From Candidatus Latescibacterota bacterium (GTDB lineage: Bacteria > Latescibacterota > UBA2968), in contig OZ241986.1 of assembly GCA_965204375.1 (NCBI GenBank), forward strand, positions 4,576,001 to 4,640,000: a stretch of DNA of 64,000 nt. Direction: 5' to 3'. The position numbers and the translations under genes are program-made. The notes beneath the pieces are model-generated. The model made no database searches. It worked only from the letters and a program-made list of their open reading frames with translations, and was not told the origin of the DNA. Positions 18,645 through 29,617 of the stretch are shown piece by piece. Each line of letters starts with the position of its first letter. Position 1 is the stretch's first letter.

Positions 18645-20819
18645 TCAAAACCGCACAGTCACCCCTCTAGCCCGAAGGGCTGGAATGTGCGTGTTGCGTG
18701 ATGTGGTGCTCAGCGCGTTTTCCCGCACATCAACCTCATCGCCTCTACCCAATCCCGTGTTTGCCACCAGCGGTGCGAGATCCGAGATATTGTTTCCGCC
18801 AAGAGACAGGCGTGTCAGGTTGGTCAGACTGGTAAGGGGGGTAATATCTACGATCCTGTTGCTGGTAAGATTCAGCTCTGTCAGATTGGTCGCATGCTCC
18901 AGTCCCGTCAAATCGCTAATATCCTTGTTTGATGCGTTAAAAGTCCTCAATGTGGCCATCTCTGAAGAAGTGATTGACGGAACGATGCCTTTCTTGCCGA
19001 GACTATGGCCGATTGCTAAATTCAGCTTATGATCCGGAATGGTCAAGATTGGTTCACCGCCAGAGCCAAATTGTATTTCTGCCTTGTAAATATCTTGATT
19101 AGAATTGAAGGCGATAAAACGACCATCGGGAGACCAGGCGGGAGAACCGTCGCTTCTTTCAGGGAGGTTAACGCGGGTCAGATTGTTCCCATCTGATCCC
19201 ACTATGTAAATATCTGTCGAGGATTTATCTTCGGGGCTATCTCGATTAGAAGTGAAGGCGATAAAACGACCATCGGGAGACCAAGCGGGATCAGCGTCGC
19301 GGGCAGGGGAGGGGGGGACAAGGGGGATCAGGTTATTCCCATCGGAATCCATCACATAAGTATTCTTGTTGGGGCCAGGGGCGTCGAACCAGCTATCGAA
19401 GGCGATAAAACGACTATCAGGAGACCAGAGGGCATAAACGCCACTGCCGGGATTTGTTTCGGTTAAAAAACCGGTCTCATTGCGCCCATCTGAATCCATC
19501 CTCTGAATTTGGAAATCCCATCCGTCGTGGCCTGTGAAGGCGATAAAACGACCATCGGGAGAATAGGCGGGCCACCCGCCACCTTTGCGCAATAAAGTTA
19601 CGTTGCTCCCATCGGAATCCATCCTGTAAATCCCAGCGGGATCGCGCTGAGAGGTGAAGAGGATAAAACGACCATCGGGAGACCACGAGGGATCCCCGTC
19701 ACTGTCGGGTTTTAAGGTCAACTGGATCCGGTTGCTCCCATCCGAATCTATCCTGTAAATATCCTGGTTGTTGCCGATGCTGAGGATATAGGCGATAAAA
19801 CGGCCATCGGGAGAATAGGCAGGCTGTAGGCCACCGCCGACATAGCCGCCAGTTAAGTGGATCAGGTTGGCCCCATCCGAATCCATCTTGTAAAGTCCTC
19901 CTCCTCCGGGCCCGGCCCAATTTTGGAAGAGGATAAAACGGCCATCAGGGGACCAAATGGGATTAGTAGGCCACCCCAACGAATCAGAAGTCAATTTGGT
20001 TATTCCGATTACCGACACGCCACCATTAGAACTGCCACTATCAGAACCGTCACCACCGGTACCACCACCAGAACCGCTATTAGGCGGAGGTTGAGATCCA
20101 CATGGCGTGCCATACACATCCACAAAGGCCAGAAAATCGGCTATATCAACGCTCCCATTACTGTCCAAATCCATCTGAGCATTGTAATTGGCATCCGATG
20201 AACTGCTGCCATACACATCTACAAAGGATAGAAAATCGGCTATATCAACCTTCTCATTGCCATCAAAATCACCAGGACACGTTGACGCTGACGGGGCAGT
20301 AAAGGTGATCACTGCATTGGACACATCCAACTGGTCAACATCACGCCCGCTGGTCAGGGACATGCTTTTCACAATCAGCGTCGCACCGTCTTCAAGCGGT
20401 CGCGTCACCTGTAAGTCAACCTGACCCAAATATCCCGTCGAAGGTATAGTCGCACCCGTAACGAACAATGCGGATAGCTCTTTAGAACCCCTGCTGACCA
20501 GCGCGGCCCCGGTCCAGTCTCGACCCGATACAGTCCCGACAGAACTGGAGAAGGTCTTGCCCGGCAGGTCGAGTTCCAGCGCATAACCATTGGTTGTCTG
20601 TCCTGCACCGGCAGGCACAAAAAGCTGAAATCGAATGGTATCACCCGCCTGTTGTTCGGGCAGGGTTTGCGCGTTGTTGTTTTGTGCGGGACTTTCGATT
20701 TGCGTATCTACCTGAAGTTCTGCGCCTGAAAACGCACCCAAAAAGTGTTGGGCAAACGCTGGAATGCAGATGAAAAGTGCGATGGTGATGATGGCGAAAA
20801 GCGCGATGCGTTTACACAT
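18645..20819 (-). CDS. Secreted protein: dockerin/EF-hand pair, TolB-like (PD40) propeller, internalin-like LRR
   Basis: Signal peptide MCKRIALF...PAFA; DFDGNEKVDIADF and DLDSNGSVDIADF; 7 SPDxRFI repeats; ISDLTGLEHATNLTELNL. Confidence 0.85.
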   Translation of the reverse strand: MCKRIALFAIITIALFICIPAFAQHFLGAFSGAELQVDTQIESPAQNNNAQTLPEQQAGDTIRFQLFVPAGAGQTTNGYALELDLPGKTFSSSVGTVSGRDWTGAALVSRGSKELSALFVTGATIPSTGYLGQVDLQVTRPLEDGATLIVKSMSLTSGRDVDQLDVSNAVITFTAPSASTCPGDFDGNEKVDIADFLSFVDVYGSSSSDANYNAQMDLDSNGSVDIADFLAFVDVYGTPCGSQPPPNSGSGGGTGGDGSDSGSSNGGVSVIGITKLTSDSLGWPTNPIWSPDGRFILFQNWAGPGGGGLYKMDSDGANLIHLTGGYVGGGLQPAYSPDGRFIAYILSIGNNQDIYRIDSDGSNRIQLTLKPDSDGDPSWSPDGRFILFTSQRDPAGIYRMDSDGSNVTLLRKGGGWPAYSPDGRFIAFTGHDGWDFQIQRMDSDGRNETGFLTETNPGSGVYALWSPDSRFIAFDSWFDAPGPNKNTYVMDSDGNNLIPLVPPSPARDADPAWSPDGRFIAFTSNRDSPEDKSSTDIYIVGSDGNNLTRVNLPERSDGSPAWSPDGRFIAFNSNQDIYKAEIQFGSGGEPILTIPDHKLNLAIGHSLGKKGIVPSITSSEMATLRTFNASNKDISDLTGLEHATNLTELNLTSNRIVDITPLTSLTNLTRLSLGGNNISDLAPLVANTGLGRGDEVDVRENALSTTSRNTHIPALRARGVTVRF

Positions 20820-21396
20820 GATGTTCTCCTGATTGTGAAATGAACCAAAAGCGGACAGACTAACCACTAATCACTAATCACTATCTTTCAGGAGGATCAC
20901 GGGATGTGCGGAAATGCGGCGATGCGAAATGAACACCGGCAGGCTGTTTTAGCAGATGGGACGCCTTCAGCACAGAATGCCGAGGCGGTTGGTTAAAGAA
21001 AAATGGTGTGGGAGGATCGTGTGATGTGTGAGCGGAAGGAAAGCGCGAATGCGCGAAAGGCGGGGAAAGAGGAAGGTCAGGTAGTAGAAGTACTTCTACC
21101 CCCCCGAATATAAGTTTAAATAAATCAACTACTTGAGAGCTATTCGGGAAGGTCGCAGAACATTCCGGTGCGTTCATCCGGATACCGATAAACGGCCCTG
21201 CGCTGGCGCAGATGTCCGAAACAGTTTGATGGGAGGTCTTCATAAAATCCGCCAATAACAAGGATGAGAAAAATTTCAGAATAAATTAACCCCGCTAATT
21301 ACCTTGTCAAGGCTTTTTTATCATATCACCGGTACAAATCTCAAGTTTAACTTGAAATATGTACCGATTTGCTTATTTTACCCTTGAGTTGCATCA

Positions 21397-22584
21397 ATGC
21401 GAACAGGGATCAGCACCGTGATAGTACGACAAATCGCCCAAGAATTGGCTGCGACAGCAAACGAATTTCCCGTGGTAACAATCATCGGTCCACGACAGGC
21501 GGGAAAAACCACATTGGCGCGCATGCAATTTCCCAACCACGCTTACGCGAACCTGGAAGCACCCGATATACGCACGCTTGCCATGAGCGATCCCCACGCC
21601 TTCTTCTCACAATTTCCCCCACCCGTTATCATCGACGAAATTCAGCGCGTCCCCGAACTGCTCTCAACCATCCAGGTCCTCGCTGACAGCAGCCATCAAC
21701 GCGGACAATATATACTCACAGGCAGTCATCAGTTGCGCCTTCAAGAAGCCGTTGCCCAATCCCTGGCCGGACGCACCGCCCTCTTGCGCCTGCTGCCCCT
21801 GTCGATATCAGAACTCAAAGCAACCGGCATCACACATACGCGCGACGAATTTATCTATCAAGGCTTCATGCCCCGGCTTTACAACGAAAAAATCAATCCG
21901 ACTCGCCTGTACCGAAATTACTGTCAAACCTGTATCGAGCGCGACATCAGACAAATGATCAACCTCAGAAGCCTGACAGATTTTGAGAACTTCACGCGCC
22001 TGCTGGCTGGACGCGTCGGTCAGATCTTGAATCTGAGTTCGCTATCTAACGATGTGGGTGTCTCGAGCACCACCCTGAAAGAATGGCTCTCCGTACTCGA
22101 AGCATCGCACACCATTTTCAGGTTGAATCCCTATTTTGAAAACTTTGGTAAACGCATCATCAAATCGCCAAAAATCTATTTTACCGATATCGGACTCGCG
22201 TCCTACTTGCTCGGCATTGAATCGCCCGCACTCGCTACCCGGGATCCACTAATCGGCAATCTCTTTGAAAACATGGTCGTCATCGAAGCCTTGAAAGCCA
22301 GACTCAACGCGGGAAAAGAGCCTGAACTCTACTTTTACCGCGACAACAAAGGCAACGAAGTAGATCTGTTGTTCAGGCAAAACAGACAGTTAATCCCCAT
22401 AGAAATCAAATCCGCCATGACATTTAATCCAGAATTTGCAAAAGGCATCGCGCAATTCCAGAAAATTGCATCCTCCGCGCAAAAAGGCCACATCATCTAC
22501 GCTGGCAATCTCACACCTGAACTGACCCATGCCAGCGTACTGCATTTTACCGACGTGGATCACATCTTTCAAGAAAAGATATGA
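21397..22584 (+). CDS. AAA_14 + DUF4143 ATP-binding protein
   Basis: GPRQAGKTTL, IIDEIQ, KSPKIYFTDIGL, GNLFEN, EVDL...IEIK. Confidence 0.9.
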   Translation: MRTGISTVIVRQIAQELAATANEFPVVTIIGPRQAGKTTLARMQFPNHAYANLEAPDIRTLAMSDPHAFFSQFPPPVIIDEIQRVPELLSTIQVLADSSHQRGQYILTGSHQLRLQEAVAQSLAGRTALLRLLPLSISELKATGITHTRDEFIYQGFMPRLYNEKINPTRLYRNYCQTCIERDIRQMINLRSLTDFENFTRLLAGRVGQILNLSSLSNDVGVSSTTLKEWLSVLEASHTIFRLNPYFENFGKRIIKSPKIYFTDIGLASYLLGIESPALATRDPLIGNLFENMVVIEALKARLNAGKEPELYFYRDNKGNEVDLLFRQNRQLIPIEIKSAMTFNPEFAKGIAQFQKIASSAQKGHIIYAGNLTPELTHASVLHFTDVDHIFQEKI

Positions 22585-22670
22585 CCTGCTGAATCTGTTG
22601 TTCCTTCCAAATAAGCGACTTATATTCACAAAATCCCGGTATTTTATTCACAAATAAGGAACGTTAGCCT

Positions 22671-24560
22671 ATGGAAAAAGATCCATTTGCCGATCTGACC
22701 TGGGAAGACCTTGAAGACTGGGCGGGGACTACAATCGTCAGCAGAGGGCGCACCTACCAGCGCAACAGTAGCGTTTCTGATTTGGGAATCACACCTGAAG
22801 GCACACTCATCGCCTATGTGCTGGGCAGCACGCGCTATGTCACGCAAGTGGCAATCCAGGATGGGGACTTGATCTCTGAATGTACCTGTCCTTACTGGAC
22901 AACTTGCAAACACGCGGTCGCCGTGGTATTGGAATACCTGATGTGTTTGAAGAACGACGTTGCAGTACCACAAATCCCACCAACAGACCCCCGTCTGGAC
23001 AGGCTGCGAGAAACAGAGACACCCGGAGGAGAATACTGGGACCCCGAACTGGAACAGCAGAACACCGGCTCCCTTTTGGCCTACCTCGAAAAACAAACCA
23101 AAGCACAACTCGTAGAACTGTTCGACGAACTCACCAGAGCCTTTCCCGATGTACGAGAATTTCTGGAGGATCGCCGAAATGTTCGCAGCGGCAACGCCAG
23201 CACGCTACTCAAAGCGATCAGAAAGGAAATTGCGGACATAAGAGAAGAACCCGATTGGGATGAATATGAGCGGGAATATCAGCCTATGAGCTTCAACCGC
23301 CTGAAAACATATCTTCAGGCACTCCTTATAGCCGGCCATGCCGACGAGGCCATTCCCCTGGGCAAAGAATTGATCAATGCCGTCAATTTCGCGCTTGACA
23401 ACTACGATATCGAAGGAGACATAATCGACGAAGTCCCAGCCTGCATGGAAATTGTGATTCAAGCTCTGCCGGCGTCATCCCTATCTTCGTCCGAACAACT
23501 AATCTGGGCGGTAGATATAGAACTGGCAGACAGCTACGAATTTTGTTATGAAGTCCTGGAAAATATTTGGAATAATGCAAATAAAAAATCCGACTGGCGC
23601 GAACTGGCCGACGAATTGCAGAAACGCCTTGCTGTCAAACAGACAGACAAGTACCTCCGAAACCAGTTGACCGGATGGCTCATCGCTGCACTTGAGCAAA
23701 CCGGACGCGAGGATGAAATCATCCCTCTGCGTGAACGAGAGGCTGAAATCACCGGCGACTATATACAACTGATAGACCTCCTGATTGAGGAAAAACACTA
23801 TGAAGACGCCGAAAACTGGTGCCAGAAAGCCATTGCAAACACAGATCCCAACCATCTGGGCAATATCTCAGATATTGAGGACCGGCTACGTACCATCCGG
23901 GAAAAAACTGGTGACCATCTGAGTGCTGCGACCTTTTATGCGGAGGACTTTTTCTCGAATCCTTCGCTACACACCTTTCAAGAATTGTGCAAATCTGCAC
24001 AAAAGGCCAAAGTGGGACCAGCAGTCGAAGCCTGGGCGCGCTATTTTCTGGAAACAGGACACTTGCCTCGAACAAAAGGCAGAAAGCGAAAAGGGGAACC
24101 CAATGACAAATGGCCTTTACCAAAGACGGAATTTGAAAAAGACATTGACGCTTCAGAAGGCCCCCTGATCCATCTCCTGATCGAACTTGCCATCGCAGAG
24201 AAAAAACCAACAGAGGTTTTGAAGTGGTACGATATAAAACCATCCACAACAAACTACACATGGGGCTACATGTACAAACCATCGCTCGAAGTAGCCCACG
24301 CCATCAAAGAAAAATATCCAGACCGTGCCATAGCGATCTGGAAAGAACAGGCCGAATCTGCGATCAGCCGGGTTGAAGTTTCCGGTTATCGAGAGGCCAG
24401 CACCTTTCTCCGCGAAGTGCGAGACACATTAAAGCGTCTCAACAGAGAAAAAGAATGGGAAGCGTATTTGAGCGAGTTGAGAGACCAAAACAAAAGAAGA
24501 CCGCGTTGCCTCGAAGTCCTGGATGGTTTGGCAGGCAAGCGCATCATCGATAGGGAATAG
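22671..24560 (+). CDS. SWIM zinc-finger protein with helical C-terminus
   Basis: SRGRTY, SECTCPYWTTCKHAVAV. Confidence 0.85.
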   Translation: MEKDPFADLTWEDLEDWAGTTIVSRGRTYQRNSSVSDLGITPEGTLIAYVLGSTRYVTQVAIQDGDLISECTCPYWTTCKHAVAVVLEYLMCLKNDVAVPQIPPTDPRLDRLRETETPGGEYWDPELEQQNTGSLLAYLEKQTKAQLVELFDELTRAFPDVREFLEDRRNVRSGNASTLLKAIRKEIADIREEPDWDEYEREYQPMSFNRLKTYLQALLIAGHADEAIPLGKELINAVNFALDNYDIEGDIIDEVPACMEIVIQALPASSLSSSEQLIWAVDIELADSYEFCYEVLENIWNNANKKSDWRELADELQKRLAVKQTDKYLRNQLTGWLIAALEQTGREDEIIPLREREAEITGDYIQLIDLLIEEKHYEDAENWCQKAIANTDPNHLGNISDIEDRLRTIREKTGDHLSAATFYAEDFFSNPSLHTFQELCKSAQKAKVGPAVEAWARYFLETGHLPRTKGRKRKGEPNDKWPLPKTEFEKDIDASEGPLIHLLIELAIAEKKPTEVLKWYDIKPSTTNYTWGYMYKPSLEVAHAIKEKYPDRAIAIWKEQAESAISRVEVSGYREASTFLREVRDTLKRLNREKEWEAYLSELRDQNKRRPRCLEVLDGLAGKRIIDRE

Positions 24561-24577
24561 ATTATATCGGAGCCGCC

Positions 24578-25315
24578 TTATTCGACTGCAAACAGCCGGT
24601 TGCGCGCGGGCAGGCTGACAATCTTCGAGAAATGGTAAATCTGCAAATCGGGATGGTCGGGATCGACCGTGGTGGGCACTTCGATCACGAAATCGGCGAA
24701 ATGAGGGACATTAAAAGCCACGAAAGCCAGCATCAGACAATCGACGAGCCGCTCGGGACGCACCGAAAGATCCGGAAAGGCGACCGGACCAGTATCGACC
24801 TGGTAGCGGTCGTCGTCACGGCGGGTATTCATCGTCTTAACCGGACATTCAATCAGTGCCCGGAGCTTGGTCTCGTCGTTGCGGATCTCGGTCTGCGAGA
24901 CCAGCGGCGCAAAGCGATACGTCTCCTCGCGAATCGCCGCATTCGTCGGCAACTCGCGAATCGTCGCGCCTTCGACGAGATGCAGATCGTAACCGCCGAA
25001 CATCTCCGTGTACGAACGCGTTTCCCGGTACCGGTCACTGAGATAGGCATGGCGCCTGAAGATAAGACCGTACCCGGCACTGAAGATCGGCAGGAAATCG
25101 TAGTTGTCCTGTATAAACAGATCCTGCGCGTGAAAGGTATTCTCGCTCTTGCAGGAGGCTGTCTGGTAGAAATCCTCACAGATCCCTCGCCTGTCATCGA
25201 TAACGCGGGTGCGCGACTCGATCCAGAAGCGCGCCTCATTGGCGTGCCCCTTCCCGGTCAGGAACGAACGCCCGTAATCCAGCGGGGCCATCTCGATTTG
25301 CATATCTTCACTCAC
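24578..25315 (-). CDS. Hypothetical protein
   Basis: GTG start overlaps the SulP stop (GTGA); 245 aa; no family recognised. Confidence 0.7.
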   Translation of the reverse strand: MSEDMQIEMAPLDYGRSFLTGKGHANEARFWIESRTRVIDDRRGICEDFYQTASCKSENTFHAQDLFIQDNYDFLPIFSAGYGLIFRRHAYLSDRYRETRSYTEMFGGYDLHLVEGATIRELPTNAAIREETYRFAPLVSQTEIRNDETKLRALIECPVKTMNTRRDDDRYQVDTGPVAFPDLSVRPERLVDCLMLAFVAFNVPHFADFVIEVPTTVDPDHPDLQIYHFSKIVSLPARNRLFAVE

Positions 25316-27513
25316 TGGTCTTCCTCCGTTCTCTGTTCTACCTGGAGACGCCCGCCGAGGAGGTATCGATACAGCTTGAGGGCAAGCCCCTCCTCGTTCT
25401 TCTCCAGCCAGCCGCGGGTGACCGACGTCAGCACCATCGTTCGGCAGGATTTGTCCGCAACCACAGAAGTCTGGTCTGGCGCGTCCTCCGGCCATATCGC
25501 ATCGCCAGGACCGAACTGAAACAGGCGCGTACCTGCGGCGTCGTAGCCGGAAGCCCGGCCCGAAAGCAGCAGTTGCAGATCTTCCTGGGGCGCACCCGGT
25601 CCTGCGATAGTCTCGCCAGCGGAGTACTCGTGAGGATTCAGATAGCGTTGAAGTTCCTCTATCAAATCCTCGAAATCAATCTGCCGCTCCAGATACCGCT
25701 CGAGGTCATCGGCGGCGTGATCCAGCAGCGAGGCACGCCGCTCGTCTGCCATATCCACATCCGTATTCCACACCTCAATAACAATATCCTCGCAGCGCTC
25801 GAGAGCGCCATCCACATTCTGCTCCACCTGCAACTCATCATATACAGAAGGCGGAAGATTGTGCTCAATCCCGGCCCTCAAACCCCCGGACAATCCGCTC
25901 AGAACGACCCGCACCCTGGCCGCGTTTGCCGTCTGCAAAAACCTGCACAGAACGTTCACCGCCGAAAAGTCAAAACCGGAGACAGCGCCGAAGTCCAGTA
26001 TCAAGCAAGTGGGACGCGAAGCACCGCTCAGGGACTGCCTGAGATGATCGGCCAGAGGGCACACGCTGCCAAAAAAGATGTAGCCGCGCAGCCGGTATGC
26101 ATGAACCCGCTCTCCCTCCTCCAGCAAGATGGCGCGATCGGGGACAGGACGTGCTCTGTTGCTCGCGCGCTCTCGTGCGGTAAACCGCGATTCAATCAGA
26201 TCCACGCGGCTGAGGCGCACGGTGAAAAACATTAGGGTAGCGAGCATCCCGACAGCCACGCCCTCGATTAGTCCGAAGGACATAATCGTAAAAAATATCA
26301 ACATAATAATGCCGTACTCCGACCAGGGAAGCCGCTTACAGCTTGCCACGAGACCCTGGTCCAGCAGGCCAAGACCAGTAAAGATCAGGATTCCGCCTAC
26401 GAGTGGTGCCGGGACGAATTCCAGCATCCCGTCGCCCAGGAACAACGCGCCCCCGATGACCAGAGCAGCGACCAGTCCCGTCAACCTCGTTGAGGCCCCC
26501 AGCAACTTGCTGCGCAGGGACGCTGGCACAACAATGGTCGCCACCGTACCGCCACCCAGCCCGGCGACCACACTCGCAACCCCTGTCACGCGGAACTCCC
26601 GGTCCCAGTCCAACTCCTGATTCGCAGCCAACTCAAGGCCGGCGAAATTCATGACCACACAGATGAAAGCAACCAGAACCAACGTCAGTATGTGGGGGGT
26701 CTGCGCGGCAATCGAGGCCCATTCCACCTGCAGCAGATCGGCGGGCAACAGAGCCGGCCACAGGCTTCCGTCCGCCGTGCTCGTAAGCAGCAAGCCCTCT
26801 GCCCGCGCCTCGTCGCCCGAAATGCCGAGACCGGCGAGTGCGAGATGGTACGCAGCTACGGCAAGTGCGACGCTCACCGACAGGATCAGCGGGCTGCCCC
26901 AGCGCTTCATCGCGAAGAACAGGGCAATCCCATACACCGCGCCCGGGCTCCACTTCCACAGAACGGGAGACTCAAAGAGTGCGGGAATCACCCACCATTT
27001 CAGTTCCGCCCCCATCAACGACATCGCCGCCAGACACACGGCACCCCCGATACCCGCCACAAATCCGCCTGCCACTGGATAGGGGATAAAGCGCATCAGG
27101 TTGGCGAGTCCAAAATGCCCGATCATGAGACAGCACACGCCGGTAACGACCGCGCTGATAATAAGCGCGATCGCCGCGGAAACGAACAGCGCATCCCCTT
27201 TGGCGTCTATCCAGGAGCCGATCAGAGCCATGACCAGCACCAGCGCGGGAGACAGCCCCGCAATCACCCCGCGAAAGCTACTCGCGAAAGCGAAGATCAG
27301 GCACGTCGCGAAATTCCCAAACAGCACCAGGCCAACGCCCTGAGAGGAATAGGAAGCCAGAGGTCCCGAGAATATGAAGCTCCCGAAGGCAACCTGAGCG
27401 ACGAGCAGACCCAGGCCCGAGGTAAAGCCGGCTGACAGTGCCGGAACAGCCTTCCCGGACCGGAGATCGGCGCGAAGCTCAGAAGCAAGGTCTCGAAATA
27501 CGGATATCGCCAT
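25312..27513 (-). CDS. SulP family anion transporter with STAS and cNMP-binding-like domains
   Basis: RFIPYPVAGGF, many TM segments, LRGYIFFGS and LILDF.AV..FDFSA (STAS), LLLSGRA...GPGD. Confidence 0.9.
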   Translation of the reverse strand: MAISVFRDLASELRADLRSGKAVPALSAGFTSGLGLLVAQVAFGSFIFSGPLASYSSQGVGLVLFGNFATCLIFAFASSFRGVIAGLSPALVLVMALIGSWIDAKGDALFVSAAIALIISAVVTGVCCLMIGHFGLANLMRFIPYPVAGGFVAGIGGAVCLAAMSLMGAELKWWVIPALFESPVLWKWSPGAVYGIALFFAMKRWGSPLILSVSVALAVAAYHLALAGLGISGDEARAEGLLLTSTADGSLWPALLPADLLQVEWASIAAQTPHILTLVLVAFICVVMNFAGLELAANQELDWDREFRVTGVASVVAGLGGGTVATIVVPASLRSKLLGASTRLTGLVAALVIGGALFLGDGMLEFVPAPLVGGILIFTGLGLLDQGLVASCKRLPWSEYGIIMLIFFTIMSFGLIEGVAVGMLATLMFFTVRLSRVDLIESRFTARERASNRARPVPDRAILLEEGERVHAYRLRGYIFFGSVCPLADHLRQSLSGASRPTCLILDFGAVSGFDFSAVNVLCRFLQTANAARVRVVLSGLSGGLRAGIEHNLPPSVYDELQVEQNVDGALERCEDIVIEVWNTDVDMADERRASLLDHAADDLERYLERQIDFEDLIEELQRYLNPHEYSAGETIAGPGAPQEDLQLLLSGRASGYDAAGTRLFQFGPGDAIWPEDAPDQTSVVADKSCRTMVLTSVTRGWLEKNEEGLALKLYRYLLGGRLQVEQRTEEDQ

Positions 27514-27540
27514 TTCACACTTCCTACTTCACTCTTCACC
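27513..27540. repeat. Degenerate TTCACAC heptamers
   Basis: TTTCACACTTCCTACTTCACTCTTCAC spanning the stop at 27529. Confidence 0.7.
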
Positions 27541-28527
27541 CTTCAAAAACCCCTGAACCCGCGGGTGATCGAGCACATCGGTATTGAGCACATCCCTGGG
27601 CGTGCGACCTTCAAGCGCGTCAATAATTTGCTCCACGCAACACTCGTCAAGCCGAATAGCGGATTCCACAGTAATACCCGCGTTGTGGTTGGTACAGATA
27701 ATGCGGGGATGGTCCTTGTGAATCGCGCGGGTCTGATTAACCGGATCATCGACGAGATAATAATAGAGCCGATCTTCTTTAATCGCCCGATTCACCGCCT
27801 CGTCGTCCACCAGATTGCCGCGCGAGGGATTGATCACTGAGGCGTGGGGTTTCATCGCGCAGAGCAAATCGTAGGTCACAACCGTATCATCGCCCGAAAG
27901 ATGCAGAGAAATCGCATCGCATTCCTCAAAAAGGACGCGGGGATCATCCACCACCTCGGCATCGTATTGCGCGGCGACCTCGTCAATATCCGGACGGATA
28001 TCATAGACCAGCAAACGCCCAGAATCGCCCAGAATTGGACGCGCGAGTTCGGCCATCGCCTGACCGATGCGTCCCAGACCCCAGATCCCCAGCGTAGAGC
28101 CTTCCGCGTCATAAGTCCTGATAATCTCAAAATTCCCCGCATGGCTATTTCGGTTCAAAGTATAAACGCGCTTCAGCGCGGCCATCCACTGCGCGATCGC
28201 AAACTCGGCAACCGTAACCATATGCACGGGAGCAACCGTGACGATAACACCGCAATCGGTCGCGCGCGGCACATCGACCTTTTCAAAACCTACACCCCAG
28301 CGCGCAACAATGCGCAAATCGCGCGCCGTGGCGTAAAACTCGGGCGAGAACACAACCGAATCCGCCAGAACACCCACCACACCCTCGGCGTGTTCGGCAC
28401 CAAATTCGGTCTCAGAGTAAAATTCCACCTCCGCGTAATCGCGCAACCTGTCAATCGCCTTTGTCCGCTCCTCAGATGCAAACTCGGGACCCTGCAATTT
28501 ATCTGTAATAAGAATCTTTTGAGCCAT
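27529..28527 (-). CDS. D-isomer-specific 2-hydroxyacid dehydrogenase
   Basis: ARWGVGFEKVD, VAEF, GIWGLGRIG, INPSRG, TNHNAG. Confidence 0.9.
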   Translation of the reverse strand: MAQKILITDKLQGPEFASEERTKAIDRLRDYAEVEFYSETEFGAEHAEGVVGVLADSVVFSPEFYATARDLRIVARWGVGFEKVDVPRATDCGVIVTVAPVHMVTVAEFAIAQWMAALKRVYTLNRNSHAGNFEIIRTYDAEGSTLGIWGLGRIGQAMAELARPILGDSGRLLVYDIRPDIDEVAAQYDAEVVDDPRVLFEECDAISLHLSGDDTVVTYDLLCAMKPHASVINPSRGNLVDDEAVNRAIKEDRLYYYLVDDPVNQTRAIHKDHPRIICTNHNAGITVESAIRLDECCVEQIIDALEGRTPRDVLNTDVLDHPRVQGFLKGEE

Positions 28528-28582
28528 CGTTCCCCCTGAGATTCGTTAATAAAATACGGCCTTCTCCTTGCCTTTCATCTGC

Positions 28583-28645
28583 GGGCGAAAAATTTTTCGC
28601 CCCTACGTTTTCACACGTCACAGATGGCGCATGCCTCGCCCCTAC
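28583..28645. repeat. GTAG-type REP-like palindromes
   Basis: GGGCGAAAAATTTTTCGCCCCTAC plus a second CGCCCCTAC; related copy at 63936-63960. Confidence 0.65.
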
Positions 28646-28729
28646 ATATCTCCGCTGGCTATCTTCATCTGCGAAAAACGCTCAAATTATTCGCGTTTTT
28701 TTCTGCGCTATCTGCGCCATCTGCGGATA

Positions 28730-29617
28730 CTATCCAATCAGCGGCAACAAAGTATCGGCGGTCTTCTTCACCAGAAAAGTGTAAAACGCCTCACTCAACA
28801 GACTACTCCCGTGATCCTGAATAAATTTGAGTTCCTCGGGTGTAATATCAACGGGATTGGTCTCAACCGCATTGGGGTATTCATTCGCAGGCGTCCGATC
28901 AATCGGCGCGACAAACTCCACCGTCAGCGCGTCATCATAACCCACCTCTTTGAGCGTCGCCACCAACTTTGCCCAATCCCAGTTCCCCAGCCCACACGCC
29001 ATGCGATTGTTATCCGCCACGTGAAAATCCACCAGCCGATCCCCGGCATCTCGGATAGCTTGATACGGATCCGCCTCTTCAATATTGATATGAAAAGCAT
29101 CTAAACACACCCCGCAATTCGCACCCGTCGTCTCTGCCAGAGCAAGAGCCTGAGCACCCCGGGTAATAAAATACGTCTCAAACCGATTGATGGGTTCAAT
29201 AGCGAGGCGAATTCCCTCACTTTCGGAATGATCGTAAACCTCCTGCATGCCCGCCACAGCCCATTGCCACTCCTCATCGGGCGTGGCATCCGGTTCGATT
29301 TTTCCCACAGTAGCCGGCACCACAGTCAACTCGTACCCATCGAGTTCTTTAACCATCGTAACACAGTCCTTGACGTACTGCACGGACTGTGCCCGAATCC
29401 CCGCATCTTTGGCCAGCATATTGCGGTCGCCCATCATCAACGTCACCGCCCCCCAGCAACGGATAGTGTACGCATTGAGCAAAGCACGCACCTCTGACGT
29501 ATCGTACCGCTCGGGTTCACCACTCAGTTCAATACTCTCGTACCCAAATTTCGCCAACCTCTCAAGCGTGACTTCGAGAGACTCCGACCGCATCCAATTG
29601 TGCATAGATAAATGCAT
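28730..29617 (-). CDS. Sugar phosphate isomerase/epimerase (ketose 3-epimerase-like TIM barrel)
   Basis: LAIEPINRFE, LDAFHINIEE, FHVADNNR, LTVEF. Confidence 0.9.
   Translation of the reverse strand: MHLSMHNWMRSESLEVTLERLAKFGYESIELSGEPERYDTSEVRALLNAYTIRCWGAVTLMMGDRNMLAKDAGIRAQSVQYVKDCVTMVKELDGYELTVVPATVGKIEPDATPDEEWQWAVAGMQEVYDHSESEGIRLAIEPINRFETYFITRGAQALALAETTGANCGVCLDAFHINIEEADPYQAIRDAGDRLVDFHVADNNRMACGLGNWDWAKLVATLKEVGYDDALTVEFVAPIDRTPANEYPNAVETNPVDITPEELKFIQDHGSSLLSEAFYTFLVKKTADTLLPLIG

Noticed and set aside
20881-21261. 126-aa ORF, 16-bp palindrome (21084-21099) and C7 tract upstream of the LRR gene
   Set aside because: Low-complexity, non-protein-like translation; tract too short to argue phase variation
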